Positions 36,359 through 50,009 of a DNA stretch of 64,000 bases are shown piece by piece; within the stretch, counting starts at the first letter, position 1; each line of letters opens with the position of its first letter. Source of the DNA: Lama glama (Eukaryota); NCBI GenBank assembly GCA_028534125.1, contig CM052816.1, forward strand, positions 87,174,001 through 87,238,000, in the 5' to 3' direction. A program made the position numbers and the translations under genes. The notes under the pieces were generated by a model. That model had not been told where the DNA came from. It saw only the letters and a list, made by a program, of their open reading frames with translations, and made no database searches.

Positions 36359-37299
36359 AGAAGACCTAAGAAAACATTTCTCCAGTGAAGGCATACAAAT
36401 GGCCAACAGGCACATGAAAAGATGCTCAGTATCACTAATTATCAGAGAAATGCAAATCAAAACAACAATGAGATATCACCTCACACCACTTAGAATGGTC
36501 ATCATTCAAAAGTCCACAATTGATAAATGCTGGAGAGGGAGGGGAGAAAAGGGAACCCTCCTACATTGTTGGTGGGAATGTAATCTGGTGTAGGCACCAT
36601 GGAAAATAGTATGTAAATTCTTTAAAAAACTAAAAATAGACTTACCATATGATCCAGCAATCATACTCCTGGGCATATATCCAGAGAAAACTCCAATTGC
36701 AAAAGATACATGTACCCCAATGTTCATAGCAGCACTATATACAATATCCAAAACATGGAAGCAATCTAAATGTCCATCGATAGATGACTGGATAAAGAAG
36801 TTGTGGTATATTTATAGAATGGAATACTACTCAGCCATAAAAAAGAATTAAATAATGTCATTTGCAGCAACATGGATGGACCTGGAAATCATTCTAAATG
36901 AAGTAAGCCAGAAAGAGAAAGGCAAATATCACATGATATCACTTATATGTGTAATCTAAAAAAGAAATGAGACAAATGAACTTATTCACAAAACAGAAAC
37001 CGACTCAATTAGAAAACAAACTTATGGTTACCAGGGAGCAAGGGGGTGGGAAAGAATAAATTGGGAATTTGAGATTTGCAGATATTAACTACTATATATA
37101 AAATAGGTAAACTTATACAAAATAGGTAAATAAGTTTATACTGTATAGTACAGGGAACTATATTCAATACATTGTAGTAACTTATGGTGAAAAAGAATAT
37201 GAAAGTGAAAATATGTATGTTCATGTATGGCTGAAGCATTATTCTGTACACCAGAAATTGATACAACAATGTAAACTGACTATTCAGCCATAAAAAAAT
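36359..37299 (+). mobile_element. LINE-1, 5'-truncated (ORF2 C-terminus plus 3'UTR)
   Basis: [43 protein letters not shown]...[21 protein letters not shown] cysteine-rich domain; A-rich end. Confidence 0.93.
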
Positions 37300-39484
37300 A
37301 TATAGAGTGAGCTTTCCATTGCTCACAGTGGCAAAAACAGCATGATAGTATGTGTGATGTACAGAATGACATTTAAAATTATTCAGAAATCTTGGAGCAA
37401 AATTCAATACGTTGTCGACAGGACTGCCGTACACTGAATAGGCTGCACGAAGAATTGAACACTGGTATAAATCTCTTCATTCTACATTTTGTCTTTCAAT
37501 TGTATTCTATCTTAAAAAAAAAGAGAAAAAAGAATAGTTGAATATAATTAGGTAAAATTATTTAAAAAATAAGCAGTTCAAAACAACAATGAATAATAGG
37601 TATCCATATTCCATATCTGGATACAAGATGATTTAGTTTAGTTTTTTGATAACCTCCTCTCTGCCCATTAACTTTTCATAGATAATCACCCATCTTCAAT
37701 AATACTTTCAAGTAAGAAAGCAATCATATCTACTTAAACACATTTCAAAAGTGCATTTTTCATGTGTATGCAACATTAGTTACTGAAAAACTATTTTGCC
37801 AGGGGGGTTATTTACTTTAATTAATTGTTTCTTAGTGCCTCCTTTCTGGCTGACAGCTGTGTACAACCAGGAAGCAATCTTCATAGCAAAGACTCTAAAG
37901 TGTAATTCTAGGATATAACCGTAAGACAGTGGTATTACGAAGCACAGGGCATTTAACCCCTCAAATGAAATTTAACCTGACTTAACCAAACTGAGTTTTG
38001 AAAATAACTCATAAAATAATTAAGATAGGATCTATATGAAATTTATAGCAAGTTAGCCATCACCTTAAAGTATTTTTCTAAGTTTGAATTGCTAGTAGTT
38101 TTTTTTAAAGGAGCAATTAAAGTCCAGATTCTCTTATGCTTCTGCTTCTTTTCTGCTGTTCCTCTTGGTGACAATTATGGATTGGTTTAATCTGGCACCA
38201 TTAGCCTGAATTCTGTCATCACCAGTTGCTGTATTAGAGTTGGTCTATATCACTAGTTGTTCTTGCCAATCCGAGATTTGCCTAAAGCCAATAAAGTGTC
38301 AATGTCTTTCTGCTAACCCAATGCCCTACTTAAACTGTTTTTCTAAATAATGATCAGACTCTGTCTATGTGACAAGAAGAACCTGTCTTTTCTAGAGCTC
38401 CAGTGAGCTAACAGACAATGGAATCTGTTAAACACGGCTTTTGTAAAAGCAGCCAGGTAATATTCCTGACAGTTGAACCAAATGCTTCTCACAAAAGGAG
38501 CATTTTTAAAGGCATATGCCTTCACAATTTTATAAAAACCTGTGTAATCTTATTATAATGATTTAGTAAGTTAATTATATTAATAACATATATTTTTATT
38601 AAACACCAGCATTCTAATGCACATATTATGCATGCATGTACTAGGTAAGCAAATACAAATATATTTTAAAAGTTGCTATCTTATTATGTAATAATAATAG
38701 TGAGCACTTATTATATGTTTGACAATATGAAAGGTTTAATTCTTTAACTGAATGTATCTGATCATTTAATATTAACAGTAAATGGATTGGAGTTGGTTTT
38801 ATAAGTCCCATTTTAGAGATGATAAAATGAATGATGAGCATGATTTTGAAGATCATACAGCCAAGAATGGCCTTTTCTGTGTTTAAAACCAAGATTAGTT
38901 TGTATAGAATGTATCGAACAACAAGCTTCTAAACATGTTTCTGTCCAAAGAAAATATAGCATTCTCATTCTCCATGCCTTCTTTTCCTTAGTGGAGATGG
39001 CAAAGCTAAATATCATTTCAACCATCATTGATTCCACCTTGTTGTCACACAACTGCAGATCTCCTTATTATAATCTCTCACTCAGCATACACTTTGTGGT
39101 CAATGTGAAAGCAATTGCTCACTGGACCACTCACTCCAAAACCTTCACACTTTGAAAACTAATTTTAAATACAATTCAAGTTTCTATATTTCAGAGGATT
39201 GATATAGCTAGAGAACATGCCTTGATATGCTTGAAAGCCATTTTGTTTGATTTTAGGTTTCAGTCTTCAAAAGAACAGACTATAATTTATGGGTATCATT
39301 TCTTGTATTGAAAAATACAATAATGTCGGTGTAATAATGCCTATTAATCTTGTAGATTAATGTCGTTAAGGGGGGGTATAGGTTTATTAAAACGTTCTTT
39401 GGTTTTCACTGTTCATACGCAGCTCTTATATATTAGTTGAATATACATTTCACAAAACATACTGAACAAATAGTGTTATTATAC

Positions 39485-39625
39485 ATTTTTATTGAGGTTT
39501 AATTGGAATAACATATTTTTCAGATGTATAAGTAGTATTTTAATATTTATATATAAGTTTTATAACTGAAATTTTGTACATTTTTGTTGACCTCCTTCAT
39601 CCATTTCATCCACCTACACCTGCCA
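39485..39625 (-). mobile_element. Old L1 3' end fragment
   Basis: tttttattgaggtttaattg...ataactgaaattttgtaca. Confidence 0.45.
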
Positions 39626-40713
39626 AAAAATATTTTATTGACTTTAACAGTTTCTGTTAATTGTCACTTATAAATATAAATGTAGACAATTGGTTTATAG
39701 GTCTATTCAGCTTTAACTCATTATTCTAAGCAGATCTCATTTGAGTACTTTGAGTACTTTCCAAGGTTAGTACATTGATAATATGTGTAATGTAATAAAT
39801 GGAATGTGTTTATATCTGATTCTTGAGAAAAAGGTTTCCTGATGAAAGTCTAATTAAGAAAGGACTCATTGTTTAGGCCCATAAGAATACGAAAATTAAG
39901 CAATACAAATTGTGTCTTGGGAGAGGCTTCCACAGATTTAGATTCTTGGACATTCCAGCACATCCAAAGAAGTTAGGAAAACGTTTGTAACCAAGGTTTG
40001 CATATTACGCTGATTACTATAAAGTTACGTGAAGCTTAGTTTAGCAGTACCTATGCTAACAGTCTAGATAAACTCTTGAGAAGCCCTTCACTTCTGATTC
40101 AAAGGACATAGTAGTGTTCAATTTGGGCATTTTGCAGGGACAAATGTACTTCTGAATTAGGCATAATTTTTAATAGTGTCTCATAGATGAACAGCATAGC
40201 TTCACTTTAGAAATAAATTTATACAAAGAAAATTTATTGATAAAATCACGGTTTTTTTCTTAGTTGCAAATAACACATGCTCTAATATCTAGCTAAGAGA
40301 GATACATAGATGATAGATAGAATGATTGATAGACACATAGACAGACATTGTTGATGTGGATAAAGATTTCTGTCTCTGGCTCCAGGTCTAGCTATAATCA
40401 GGTTACTTGGTTTCCCCGCGTTTCTTTTTTCCTTTAAAGAAGCACTACTTTTGAGATCCCAGGCATCACCTCCATATTCAGAGGCTTATACCTGGATTTC
40501 ACTTCTAATCCCAGTGTCTGAGTTTAATACCCATTTACATTTATTTTCTACTGGAAGTTTATATTTTCCTTTTTAATTTCAAACTGAAAGTGCTAAAAGA
40601 CATTTTACTCTCAAGACTCCATCTTATGTTTTCTGTTTCTTTCGTTTTTTTCTGCTAATCACTTTAGTGAGAAAGTTATTAGCTGTTTCTAACTCGACAT
40701 ATTCTTTCGTCAT

Positions 40714-41188
40714 TGTATAAAGTTTCCTATTGATGGTATAATAAACTGAAACAATTTAGAGACTAAACATAACATTAATTTACTTTCTTACAAAGGTAAG
40801 AAACCCAAAGTGGGTCCCAATGGGCTAAAAGGTGTAGGCAGGGCTGACTGAGCTCCTTTCCAGAGGATCTAGAGAAGAGTCTGTTCCATTGCCTTTTCCC
40901 AACGATTCTAGAGACTGGGTTGGGTCCTTGTCATCCTGGCATCTTTCTGATTCTCCTTCTTTTTCCTCTTTCTTCTATTTTAAGGACTCCTGTCATGTCA
41001 CAGAGCCCACTCAGATAATCCAAGATAATCACCCTACTTTAAAGTGAACTATTTAACAATCTTAATTCTACCTGCAATTGTAATTCTCCCTTTGCTGTGT
41101 AACATAACATATTAAGAGGTTCTTCCAAGGATTAGGACGTGGACTTTTTTTTTTTTGAGGTGAGGAGTGTGTTATTTTGTCTACCACA
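40714..41188 (-). mobile_element. MLT1C/D-like MaLR LTR
   Basis: ccattgccttttcc...taaggactcctgt...gcccactcagataatccaagataatc...taacataacata...ggattaggacgtggac...ttattttgtctaccaca. Confidence 0.85.
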
Positions 41189-43037
41189 GTCCCAATCTGT
41201 AGGTGACAGAGAAACTTTTTTGTGTTTCACACGATTTTGTGATCCATCCTCAGGTCTCCCACCCACTACATTTTACACATTTTATGTTCAGCTTTCAAAT
41301 CACCTAATCTCATTTTTTCAAATAGCAATTAAGAGGCATGTTTCCAGTAGTCCTGCACCACTAATTAACTCCATGTCTTATAAAGGTAACATAAGTTTAT
41401 TGGATTTCTTACAGGTAAATCAGCATTATTGGATTGGGTGATTTATAGGACACCATCTATTTTTAAAACCAATAGTATTTTAAATAATAGTAAAACGTAA
41501 TATACTGTGATATAAACAATATAATTATAACTGAATTTGATTATCAATTCTAAATGCCATATTAAAAGTCAAGTTGGAAAGCATGGTGCATATAATTAAA
41601 ATGATTTAAATTCTTCTCTTCAGTCATATAAGAAATTGAATTTCTTTCCATGAGTGTTTCTTTTAAGATAAAATGATGAGGTAAGATGATGTTATTTTCA
41701 CTGTGTTAAAAAACAGTCCTTGAATCTTCTTCTCATAGGAGAGGAGAGATTATTTAGAATCATTTCTAAATGTTTTGTTTGACACTCTGTATTAAACTAC
41801 TACTATTACATTTGGCAATATTAGCTAATACAAGAAGCCTGGATTATTACATATAGCGTTTCTTTGTAGGTTATGTTTTAAATGATAATCTGTTTTCTAC
41901 AGTTAAAAATATTCAGTTATGTAAAAATGTTGCAACTGCTTGAAGACAGTACTATGACAGAAATTTAAAACTTCATTCAGCAAATTTTTGACATAATTTA
42001 TTTTTTAATACCACAAACAGAATCCCCTCTGAAATAATCTCTAGAGTCTGCAATAAAACTTTTTATGGATTTATGAATATACAATACCATGCACCCACAT
42101 TAATTATCATTTGTCCTTTAAATGTCTTTCACATTGAGTAATTTTGAATCAAAGGAGATAATATCAGGTGATATTTTAAAAGAAAAATGACTCCTCGATT
42201 ATAATTTTTACTTAGCAGTTACTATTGCTGATGCTTGTTGTGTTCCCTCAAAGTAGAAAACTTTAGGATTATCTTTGTTTTCATTGTGTTGTAATATAAA
42301 CATCATAAAATGTATGGAAGGATATCATTTTCTTGTTATCACTTGTGGTAGGAAAATTACCATTTGTGTTTGAGATCTCTCTCTTCAAACTGGAAACAAA
42401 ATTTTACATTCTTTAAATTTGCAGGTAATGAAAGATAATTGGATGAACTTTAGTGATGAAAAGCCATGCTTTTTTGTTCTGTTTTGTTTTGCTTTTAGAA
42501 TTATTCACAATCTTGCTCAAAAAGGGTAAAGCCAAAATATTTTTCAGGGTAGATTACATATATCCTTTGGTTACCAGTATTCTTTTTTTCATTCCTACCA
42601 ACAAACGTGCTGATTTTTCTCTTTTCCTCTCAACAGTTTGCCAAGGTTATCAATATTTCACTGATCTTTGTTAATTGCTTCTAATTTAACAGTATGTCTG
42701 CAGCATAAATTCTGAGTCAACTAGACTTAATTGATTGAAGTTTCTCAAAGGAGATATAAATTTATGTCCTTGAGCATAAATTAGTTCTTTTGGACTTGAG
42801 ATAATTAGTTCTAATTACTACTGTAATTGTGATATTTGGTGAGTCAAATAGTGAAACAAACATACCAACAAGCATGTAGCCCTGTGAGTCTCAGTGGAAT
42901 TCCTCATTTTTACTACCTCCATACAGGATGGCCATGTTCACTGTTCATAGAGGCTCAGAAGAGCTTTGGAAAAATGTACTTCGACTGTTTATCTTGATGC
43001 CTTGCTGGGCACTAATTCATTATTTATTATTCTTTGT

Positions 43038-43103
43038 TAAGCAAAGCAAAAAGACAACCTACAGTATGGGAGAAAATATTTGCAAAACATGAGACTGACA
43101 AGG
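43038..43103 (+). mobile_element. LINE-1 ORF2 fragment before the gap
   Basis: SKAKRQPTVWEKIFAKHETDK. Confidence 0.85.
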
Positions 43104-43603
43104 NNNNNNNNNNNNNNNNNNNNNNNNNNNNNNNNNNNNNNNNNNNNNNNNNNNNNNNNNNNNNNNNNNNNNNNNNNNNNNNNNNNNNNNNNNNNNNNNN
43201 NNNNNNNNNNNNNNNNNNNNNNNNNNNNNNNNNNNNNNNNNNNNNNNNNNNNNNNNNNNNNNNNNNNNNNNNNNNNNNNNNNNNNNNNNNNNNNNNNNNN
43301 NNNNNNNNNNNNNNNNNNNNNNNNNNNNNNNNNNNNNNNNNNNNNNNNNNNNNNNNNNNNNNNNNNNNNNNNNNNNNNNNNNNNNNNNNNNNNNNNNNNN
43401 NNNNNNNNNNNNNNNNNNNNNNNNNNNNNNNNNNNNNNNNNNNNNNNNNNNNNNNNNNNNNNNNNNNNNNNNNNNNNNNNNNNNNNNNNNNNNNNNNNNN
43501 NNNNNNNNNNNNNNNNNNNNNNNNNNNNNNNNNNNNNNNNNNNNNNNNNNNNNNNNNNNNNNNNNNNNNNNNNNNNNNNNNNNNNNNNNNNNNNNNNNNN
43601 NNN
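43104..43603. other. Assembly gap (500 N)
   Basis: N run. Confidence 1.
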
Positions 43604-45208
43604 GAACTAGAACAAATCATAATAAAATTTATATGGAACCATCAAAGACCTAGAATTGCCAAAGCATTACTGAAGAGAAAGAAAGAGGCTGGAGGAATAA
43701 CTCTCCCAGACTTCAGACAATACTATAGAGCTACAGTCATCAAGACAGCATGGTATTGGTACAAAATCAGACATATAGACCAATGGAACAGAATAGAGAG
43801 CCCAGAAATGAACCCACAAACTTTTGGTCAACTAATCTTCAACAAAGGAGGCAAGAATATACAATGGAGTAAAGACAGTCTCTTCAGCAAATGTGTTGGG
43901 AAAACTGGACAGCAGCATGTAAAGCAATGAAGCTAGAACACTCCCTTGCACCATACACAAAAGTCAACTCAAGATGGATCAAAGACTTAAACATAAGACA
44001 AGATACAATAAACCTCCTAAAAGAAAATAAAGGCAAAACATTATCTGACATACATCACAAAAATGTTCTCCTAGAAGAAATAAAAGCAAGAATAAACAAA
44101 TGGGACCTAATGAAACTTACAAGCTTCTGCACAGCAAAGGAAACCATAAGTAAAACAAAAAGACAACCTATGGAATGGGAAAAAAATCTTCGCAAATGAA
44201 ACTGACAAAGGCTTGATCTCCAGAATATATAAACAGCTCATACAACTCAATAAGAAGGAAATGAACAACCCAATACAAAAATGGACAGAAGACCTAAACA
44301 AGAAGTTCTACAAGGAAGACATACAAGTGATCAATAGACAGATTAAAAAATGCTCAGTATCACTAATTATCAGAGAAATGCAAATCAAAACTACAATGAG
44401 ATATCACCTCACACCAGTCAGAATGGCCATCATTCAAAAATCCAAAAATGACAAATGCTGGAGAGGCTGTGGAGAAAGGGGAACACTCCTACACTGCTGG
44501 TGGGAATGAAGTTTGGTGCAGCCACTGTGGAAAACAGTGTGGAGATTCCTCAAAAGACTAGGAATAGACTTACCATATGACCCAGGAATTCCGCTCCTGG
44601 GCTTATATCCAGAAGGAACCCTACTTCAGGATGACACCTGCACCCCAATGTTCATAGCAGCATTATTTACAATAGCCAAGACATGGAAACAGCCTAAATG
44701 TCCATCAACAGATTACTGGATAAAGAAGTGGTATATTTATACAATGGAATATTACTCAGCCATAAAAACCGACAACATAACGCCATTTGCAGCAACATAG
44801 GTGGAACTGGAGAATGTCATTCTAAGTGAAGTAAGCTAGAAGGAGAAAGAAAAATACCATATGAGATCACTCATATGTGGAATCTTAAAACAAACAAACA
44901 AACAAACAAAGCATAAATACAAAATAGAAATAGACTCATAGACATAGAATACAAACTTGTGGTTGTCAAGGGGGTGGGGAGGTGGGAAGAGATAGACTGG
45001 GATTTCAAAATTGTAGGTCAGATAAACAAGATTGTACTGTATAGCACAGGGAAATATACACAAGATCTTATGGTAGCTCACAGAGAAAAAAATGTGACAA
45101 TGAATATATATATGTTCATGTATGACTGAAAAATTGGGCTATACACTGGAATTTGACACAACATTGTAAAATGATTATAAATCAATAAAAAAAATAAATT
45201 AAAAAAAG
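43604..45208 (+). mobile_element. Young camelid-type LINE-1: frameshifted ORF2 3' portion, 3'UTR and A tail
   Basis: [20 protein letters not shown]...[24 protein letters not shown]...[17 protein letters not shown] across four ORF pieces; (AAAC)n in the UTR; A-rich tail 45185-45208. Confidence 0.95.
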
Positions 45209-45671
45209 AAGTGCTATATTTATACAATGGAATAATACTCAGGCATAAAAGAGAATAATGTCATTTGCAGCAATGTGGATGGACCTGGAGATCATTCTAA
45301 GTGATGTATGCCAGAAAGAGAAAGGAAAATACCATATATCACTTATATGTGGAAACTCAAAAAAGAAGACAAATGAACTTATTTACAAAACAGAAACAGA
45401 CTTACAGACATAGAAAACAAACTTAGACTTACCAGGTGAGGAAGTGGGTAGAAAGGAATAAATTGGGAGTTTGAGATTTGCAGATAAATACTATATATAA
45501 AATAGATAACAAATTTCTTCGGTATAGCACAGGGAACTACATTCTGTTACTTATAAATGAAAAAGAATATGATAACAAATATATGTATGTATATGTATGA
45601 CTGAACTATTATGCTGTACACCAGAAATTGACACAATATTGTAAACTGACTATACTTCAATTAAAAAAAAA
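45209..45671 (+). mobile_element. Older LINE-1 3' end (related to 36359-37299)
   Basis: tatttatacaatggaata...gtcatttgcagcaa...tgtaaactgactatacttcaattaaaaaaaaa. Confidence 0.9.
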
Positions 45672-45899
45672 TAGTAATTTGCTGCTAATTCTCATCTATC
45701 AAGATGGAGAATATCAAATAGTATCCCACAAATCTTTTAAGACGATACTTAGGTCACATCTTAATTTTCTTTGAGTTGATTTGTAATATTCATTTTATTT
45801 GTAAGATGTATAATGCTGGAACCTGTATTCAGAAGTACAGTAAAAAATGATATGCATATGTTTGAGCAGTCACAACTGTGATATTATCCCCAACTAATT

Positions 45900-46827
45900 A
45901 GCATGCATATATAAAACAATTATGTTGCCTTATTTAATGTGAATTTATTCACTTCTAAATAGTCATACTGCACACTTGCCATGTTCAAATATTTTTTAAT
46001 AAAAACCTCCCAAGTTGCCACACAAATATTACAATGGTGGCCAAATGTCTCAGAAAAAGGAAGAAAAAGGAATTGCGGAATATGTGATTGGAATCAAAAC
46101 TGTGATAATCCATTCATCTGTCATTATTAGACATCTGAATAACTCTTCTGCTTATTGTTGGTTATGGATTAATGAGAACAGAACTGTGATTTTTCAAAAA
46201 CTGAAGAGTAGATGTCTTAGGACACAGACATGAAGAGGGATATGTTTTAATGGTGTCCCAGAGACTGTTCATATCCTTGAATTAAAAATAACACATAAAG
46301 TCAATGAAGATGCAAACACTAAGTGGATGACATCTTTTAAGGCATAAAAATGAGAGCACTGACCTGGGGAAGAACTCAAGCAGTAGCAGCACATAATAAA
46401 GGACGGGGAACACAGCAATAAACAGGAAGAAAATCAAGTAAAAAGTGAACAGCGAAATTACAGTTCTCAGAAAATAGAGATGCTATGTAAAATGCATGTG
46501 AACTGTAATTATGATTTGACCAAAGTAGAAATATTCCCAAAATATAAAAATGAGAGACATTTATGTCACAGTTTGTCACATCATATCAATACCTCAAAAA
46601 AAAACAAAACAATATTTTAAAACAATTTTTGGCAATTTCTTGTTGGTAAATATAATTTGGTACATTTTTTAAAAAGTGTTTTGAAGCCAGCAGAGCATGC
46701 ATATATAAAAAACAATTATGTTGCCTTACTTAATGTGAATTTGTTCACTTCTAAATAGTTATACTGCACATTTGCCATGTTCAAATATTTTTTAATAAAA
46801 ACCTTCCAAGTTGCCACACAAATATTA
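45900..46827 (+). repeat. Spaced direct repeat: 45900-46031 and 46694-46827
   Basis: 132/134-bp copies with 5 substitutions and one 2-bp indel; 662-bp spacer. Confidence 0.95.
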
Positions 46828-48686
46828 AATATTGAAAAAGTGAGTCACATTCAAAATGATTTGTAATGAAATAATACCACACCCACTGTGGAAGAAATGT
46901 GTTGCTATTTTACAGGCCTCAGGCAGGAGTGTTGCTATTTTAGACTCCCTAAAAGGCAGAAAGGGAGGTCACAGCACAGAAAGAATTAAAGGGCAAAGTG
47001 TGTGATACCTGCATTTTCATGGCCATGCAGTGGCAAGGTAGATGGCCTGCAGCTATGGCAGTGGAACTAACCAAACATGCACATCTGATGAATTTCGATG
47101 TGTTAGAGGGCACTGGACCTCCTGAAGGCAGAAGTCATGCATTCCACAATGAGACCCAAAATGGAACAAATATACCCACAGCCCTGAGAATCTTTGCACT
47201 GAAAAATGCTTTCCTTATAGAAAAGTTATCAATTCTATCACCTTCTGGTATTTGTTTAAAATCACAGATTTGATAGACTCCACTCCATAAAGAATCTCTC
47301 TCGTAAGTTAAAAAACAGAAGGAAATTCTATCATCAAAAGTGGGACACTGATTGAAAAACGAATATATTACTTGCCCACTATATTTTACAAAAAAATAAA
47401 AAAAGATCATTATTGTATTGTCACTTCCTTTCTAGGATGATGTTAGCTCTTGATGAATTGTCTGTTTAGAAATTCCTAGTCAAGTAGCAGTATTCTCCAT
47501 CTATTCACTTTTCTAATTTTAGTTACTGAGAAAAAACATTCAAATTAATCATTATGAGAATTGTTACTCTATATAAAAAGAGCATGTAATTGATAAAATC
47601 TCAGTATACTTTCCATACATAAACATAGTCCTGTACTAAATACAGAACAGAAATTTATTTGTTTAGTACATAAATATATTTAATATATATTCTTTAATAA
47701 ACAGTGACCTCAGCTGAAGATAGCTGATTTTCCATTTTCCCAATCATATAATTTTTTAAAGTTTTGAGACATGTTGATAATTTAAACTATTAGGAAAATA
47801 GATTAATAGGACAGCTGTCTATGGCAATTTTTAAAAATTAAATCTATCAATATCAATTCTGTATGTAAAACCATTTATACATACATTTAGTGGTATTATT
47901 TTTACCTATTCTTACATTTCATATAAATATTTCACATAGACACTACATGAATCTTTGGTATTGACTTCTCTTTCTCAAGTTAACTTTTACATCTTGAAAT
48001 ACCTTTTCAAAGAATATAATGTTACTCTCATCTTAGTTTCTAAGAAACTATATATGGCATCTCTGAAAATTTTATACATAATATTATTTGTAGGTGATTA
48101 AGACAATATTATTGTAAAATTTTACCTTGAGGTACGTATTCATGAGTGCTAAAACTTAATCACGTGCAATTGTGAGGTCTTACCTCAGATATAATGTTAA
48201 CTTTGGCTGAATGTCTTTACTTTCTTTGTTTGGTTTTTATTGATTCTGCTAAAGTCATCTAAATATTATCTTCAAGGAATTCAACTTATTGAAAATAAGA
48301 CACTGAGAGAGTCTCATGTAAAATGAGAGATTTAATAAAATTAGAGTACAAGATGGCCTTGGTTCTGTGAGGAAATTTGTGGGAGAGGGGCAATCCACCT
48401 TTTCTAAGGATATATGGCTCAGGGAGGAGACAGTACAATCTCTAACATAGAAGAAAGAGTTTTAGGTGGTCAAATTAGTTTCTGTATTAATTTTTTTAAA
48501 CTTTTACTCTTTTAAATTTTTAAATTTTTCAAACTTTTACAATAAGTATTTTATTTACCATATCCATGGCATAGATTAAATAGGATATTTTTTCTAAAAA
48601 TCTATGATTGGAATCCAGGTCTTCTTGGAAAAAAAAAATGAGATAAATTTTCCCTGAGGAGTGTTTGAATCAGTATCTGTCGAGTG

Positions 48687-49880
48687 AAAACTATAAAGCA
48701 TTATAGAGATTAATTTTAAAAGCTTAAATAAATGGAGAGATATCCCATGCTCACAGATCAGAAGACCCAATAATGAAGACTTTCGAGTCTTCTCATATTG
48801 AACTACAGATTCAACAAAACCCCATTTATACTCTTAGCTGGTTGATTTAAATAAATTAAAAAGATATTTTTAAAATTTATATAGAAATGTAAAGTAATTA
48901 GAATAACCAAAACAATATTGAAAAGCAACAACAATGTTGGAGGGCTCATTTTATCAGATTTCATACTTACTTTACAGTTACAATAATCGAGGCAGTGTAG
49001 TATTGACGACAGATGAATAAACAGATAAATGAAACAGAATAAAAACTCCAGAAACGAACTCACACATATAGGTTCAACTGGTTTTCACTGTATGTGCCAA
49101 GGACTTCAATAGAGAAACCGAAGTGATTTCAGAGGTCGTATTGCAACAATTCGGTAACTATATACAAAAAAAAAGCCAAACTTGAACCACTTCTGCATAT
49201 CATATACAAACATAAATTGAAAATAGTAACTGACAAAACACAAGAGCTAAAACTATGAAATCTTTTGAAGAAGAAATGAAACAGGAAAAAGAAAACCTTT
49301 CAGTACTCGAGATAAGGAAAGTTTTCTTAAACTAAACATAAAAACTAAGAGCAATAAAAGAAAAATGGTGTTACATTTAAATCTATCCAAATCATTTTTT
49401 TGCTTTTTCAATCACTGTTAAAAATAAAGCACTAATACAGAAGGAAAGACATTTATATATATATTTTGCCTCAATATAAAGTATTTATATTCAGAATACA
49501 TAAATAAACATTACAATTCAATAATAAAAGGACAAATAATTTTAGAGTAGGGCAATACATTTGGACAGTTAATCCAAGATGATACAGCAATGTAAATAGG
49601 TACCCAAGAAACTCATAAATCACTTGGGAAAATGCTGCATAGACAACAAAAATACATCACCATGTACCCACTAGAACAGTTGATTTAGAAAACCTGATAA
49701 TACGAAGTATTGGCATTTTGGGGCACCTAAAATTCTCATTCTTTTCTTATGATTGTGCAGAAATAACACAGCCACACTATTAAGCACTTGAACAGTTTCT
49801 GATAAGGTTTAATCTATATTTATGCCACAGAAAATTTTACTTTTAGGTATTTATCAGAGAGAAATTAAAATATATGTCTC
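48687..49880 (+). mobile_element. Ancient L1M ORF2 relic
   Basis: taaataaatggagagatatcccatgctca...aaaacaatattgaaaag...gttggagggctca...aaacagaataaaaactccagaa. Confidence 0.8.
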
Positions 49881-50009
49881 CACTGTGCATTTGTTTGGAA
49901 AATACGATAGTACCTAAATTATGCCTTAATAAATCTTACTTTATAAAAATCAAGAGAAACAATAAGGAATAAAAACATACCTGAGAGTGAATTAAAAAAA
50001 TTAATAAAG

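Noticed and set aside
42400..42432. AG|GT recursive-splice-like sites (tttgcag|gtaatg; also ttttcag|gtgatt near 34500)
   Set aside because: The donor halves are weak, no host transcript or strand is established, and such sites are expected by chance in T-rich DNA.
43027..43930. Long ORFs of 176-298 aa
   Set aside because: They span the N gap; the real residues are frameshifted L1 ORF2.
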